Shown here: positions 62,267-64,000 of the stretch, piece by piece
How the letters are laid out: each line of letters begins with the position of its first letter
Position numbering within the stretch: position 1 is the stretch's first letter
NCBI RefSeq assembly: GCF_902652985.1
Contig: NC_047026.1
Location: forward strand, 13,020,001 to 13,084,000
Reading direction: 5' to 3'
Source: Pecten maximus
Taxonomy: Eukaryota
Length of the DNA stretch: 64,000 nucleotides
Program-made: the position numbers and the translations under genes
The notes under the pieces: model-generated
Databases searched by the model: none
Told to the model about the DNA's origin: nothing
The model's input: only the letters and a program-made list of their open reading frames with translations

Positions 62267-64000
62267 CTGAAATTGTCAATATAGTAAGTAAGCACCTGTG
62301 TATTAAAATGGTGTCATAGGAAAGCCTTGAATAAGCGACCAGGAAAGTATTTTACTAAAACTTCCGAAAATATGAGGACTTGTACATGTTGCATATTTAG
62401 AGTAACACTACATACATCTATTTCATTTTTATCTTTTTGGTATCAAAATAAAATGCTTTGAAGTAGTTTTCTATGAACAACCCTTGCTGTACGCATTAAA
62501 ATCAACCAAATTTATTTCATTATTACATTTTGGGTAGTGTGTTATATAAAAAAAAAAAGAAGAAAAATAGTCCATGTTGTGATATTTTCAACATACCAAA
62601 ACTCAATTTTCTAACAAGAACAATAACCAGTACAAAGCTTTGTGAATTTTTGAAAAACAATTACATAAAACATAGCATTTACTATTCCAACAACACCAGG
62701 AGATTAAAGGGACTTTAACACACATACTCTTTCTGCTGTAAACATTTTGTTTCTTCAAAAAGCATGGGAAATATTTTCTTTAAGAAACATTTGTCCTAAC
62801 ATGATTTTAAAACTCTACTGTTTTCAGCCAGTTTACTGTAGTGATTTACCATTTCTGATCCGCAAGCAATTACTGATCAAAATTTTTTGAGGATGCACTC
62901 AAACTATCGGCTACCTGAATAAAGTTATAAAGTTTATTGTGCACCACAGTATCCACCAAAACTACCTTTACATCCTTGAAATGAGAGAAAATATGAAGAA
63001 ATTTCAATTGCATATTGGATATATTTCATACACTTTGTCTTAAAATCCCTTTCAAGATCAACATGTCCTACTACCAAATAATGAAATATCAGTAATAAAA
63101 CCAGTATCCAGTTTATGGCGACACAAGAGGCATATCAACACAGATGTCATCTATGATAAACAGTTTTGTAACGATGTTTACCGCTAGCATCCCCATGTTT
63201 GACTGAGAGCAGGAGCTCATGGCCACAAGCCCTCGACTTATATCAGACATTCGGTCGGCGCATGTACATAAGCTAGGGTACCACAATTTTTGGCTTCATA
63301 CTTTTTACATGAAAAACACAGAAAGAAACAGAAAGAAAACCATGGATGAGTGACAAGACTGTAACATCATGAAACAGTTGTAATTAATTTGTTATTTTTG
63401 ACGACTGGATCGGGTTTCTTCTCAGCAAATGATTGTAAACTTACCAAAGCAAGGATACTTATTTTCTCACAGTACAAATTTACTCAAAATACTATAGCAT
63501 TTAATCATTTAGATCATAATGCACGGGCTAAGTGTCTGATTCTTGAAATACTTGACAGCTGGCTTTATCAATAATTAACTTACATAAGAGGAGGAAAATA
63601 TTTTCCAAAATAGTAAATTCAGTATTAAAACTAAAAATGTTCCACCCATGATGTACCTTGAGAAAACAAGACAATCAGCATTAGTAAGTTTACTAGGAAA
63701 ATAACCTGGAAAGTAAATGTTTAATTTAACATCATCTCTCACACCACATCCTATTCCTCCAACCATCTCTTCTACATGGTGCTTCAAGTTTATATCCAAG
63801 ACCAACTAACAGATTTTTCAAAATTCAAATCAATCAATGAAGAAAATTTACACAAATTTTGGTTTGTTTCTGACTATTTGAGATGTTTTGATTTTTAAAG
63901 ATTGTATTTCAGGAAGACCTTTTCAATACGTATCAATAGCTTTATAAGGAATGTGTTTGCTTTTCTTCTTTCACTGATTCATAAACATTTTTTTATCATA

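Overview
AT-rich, intron-containing animal DNA. The gene and repeat content (B-box/NHL TRIM-like gene, V- and CORE-type SINEs, Academ and Helentron-like elements) suggests a mollusc, probably a bivalve; this is inference. Six protein-coding genes were reconstructed by hand from GT-AG junctions and reading-frame phase: (1) PRELID1-like (+, 3 coding exons); (2) a 523-aa type II membrane protein with a single coding exon, which looks like a fusion of a degenerate FkbM-like methyltransferase and a degenerate fungal-type CE4/NodB deacetylase (+); (3) a secreted 710-aa animal haem peroxidase (+, 13 coding exons); (4) a RING-less B-box/coiled-coil/NHL protein (-); (5) HOATZ (+, 4 exons); (6) PUF60 (-, at least 11 exons, 5' end not located). 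Introns and intergenic DNA hold many mobile elements: a decayed AcademX-like transposon interrupted by a LINE with a 13-bp TSD, an AcademH-like mini-element whose TIR expanded into a minisatellite, a 91-bp perfect palindrome with an 8-bp TSD, a Penelope-like RT fragment, CR1/L2-group LINEs, MITEs, SINEs and several tandem repeats. The best novelty candidate is the methyltransferase-like/deacetylase-like membrane protein. All homology calls come from recalled motifs, not database searches.
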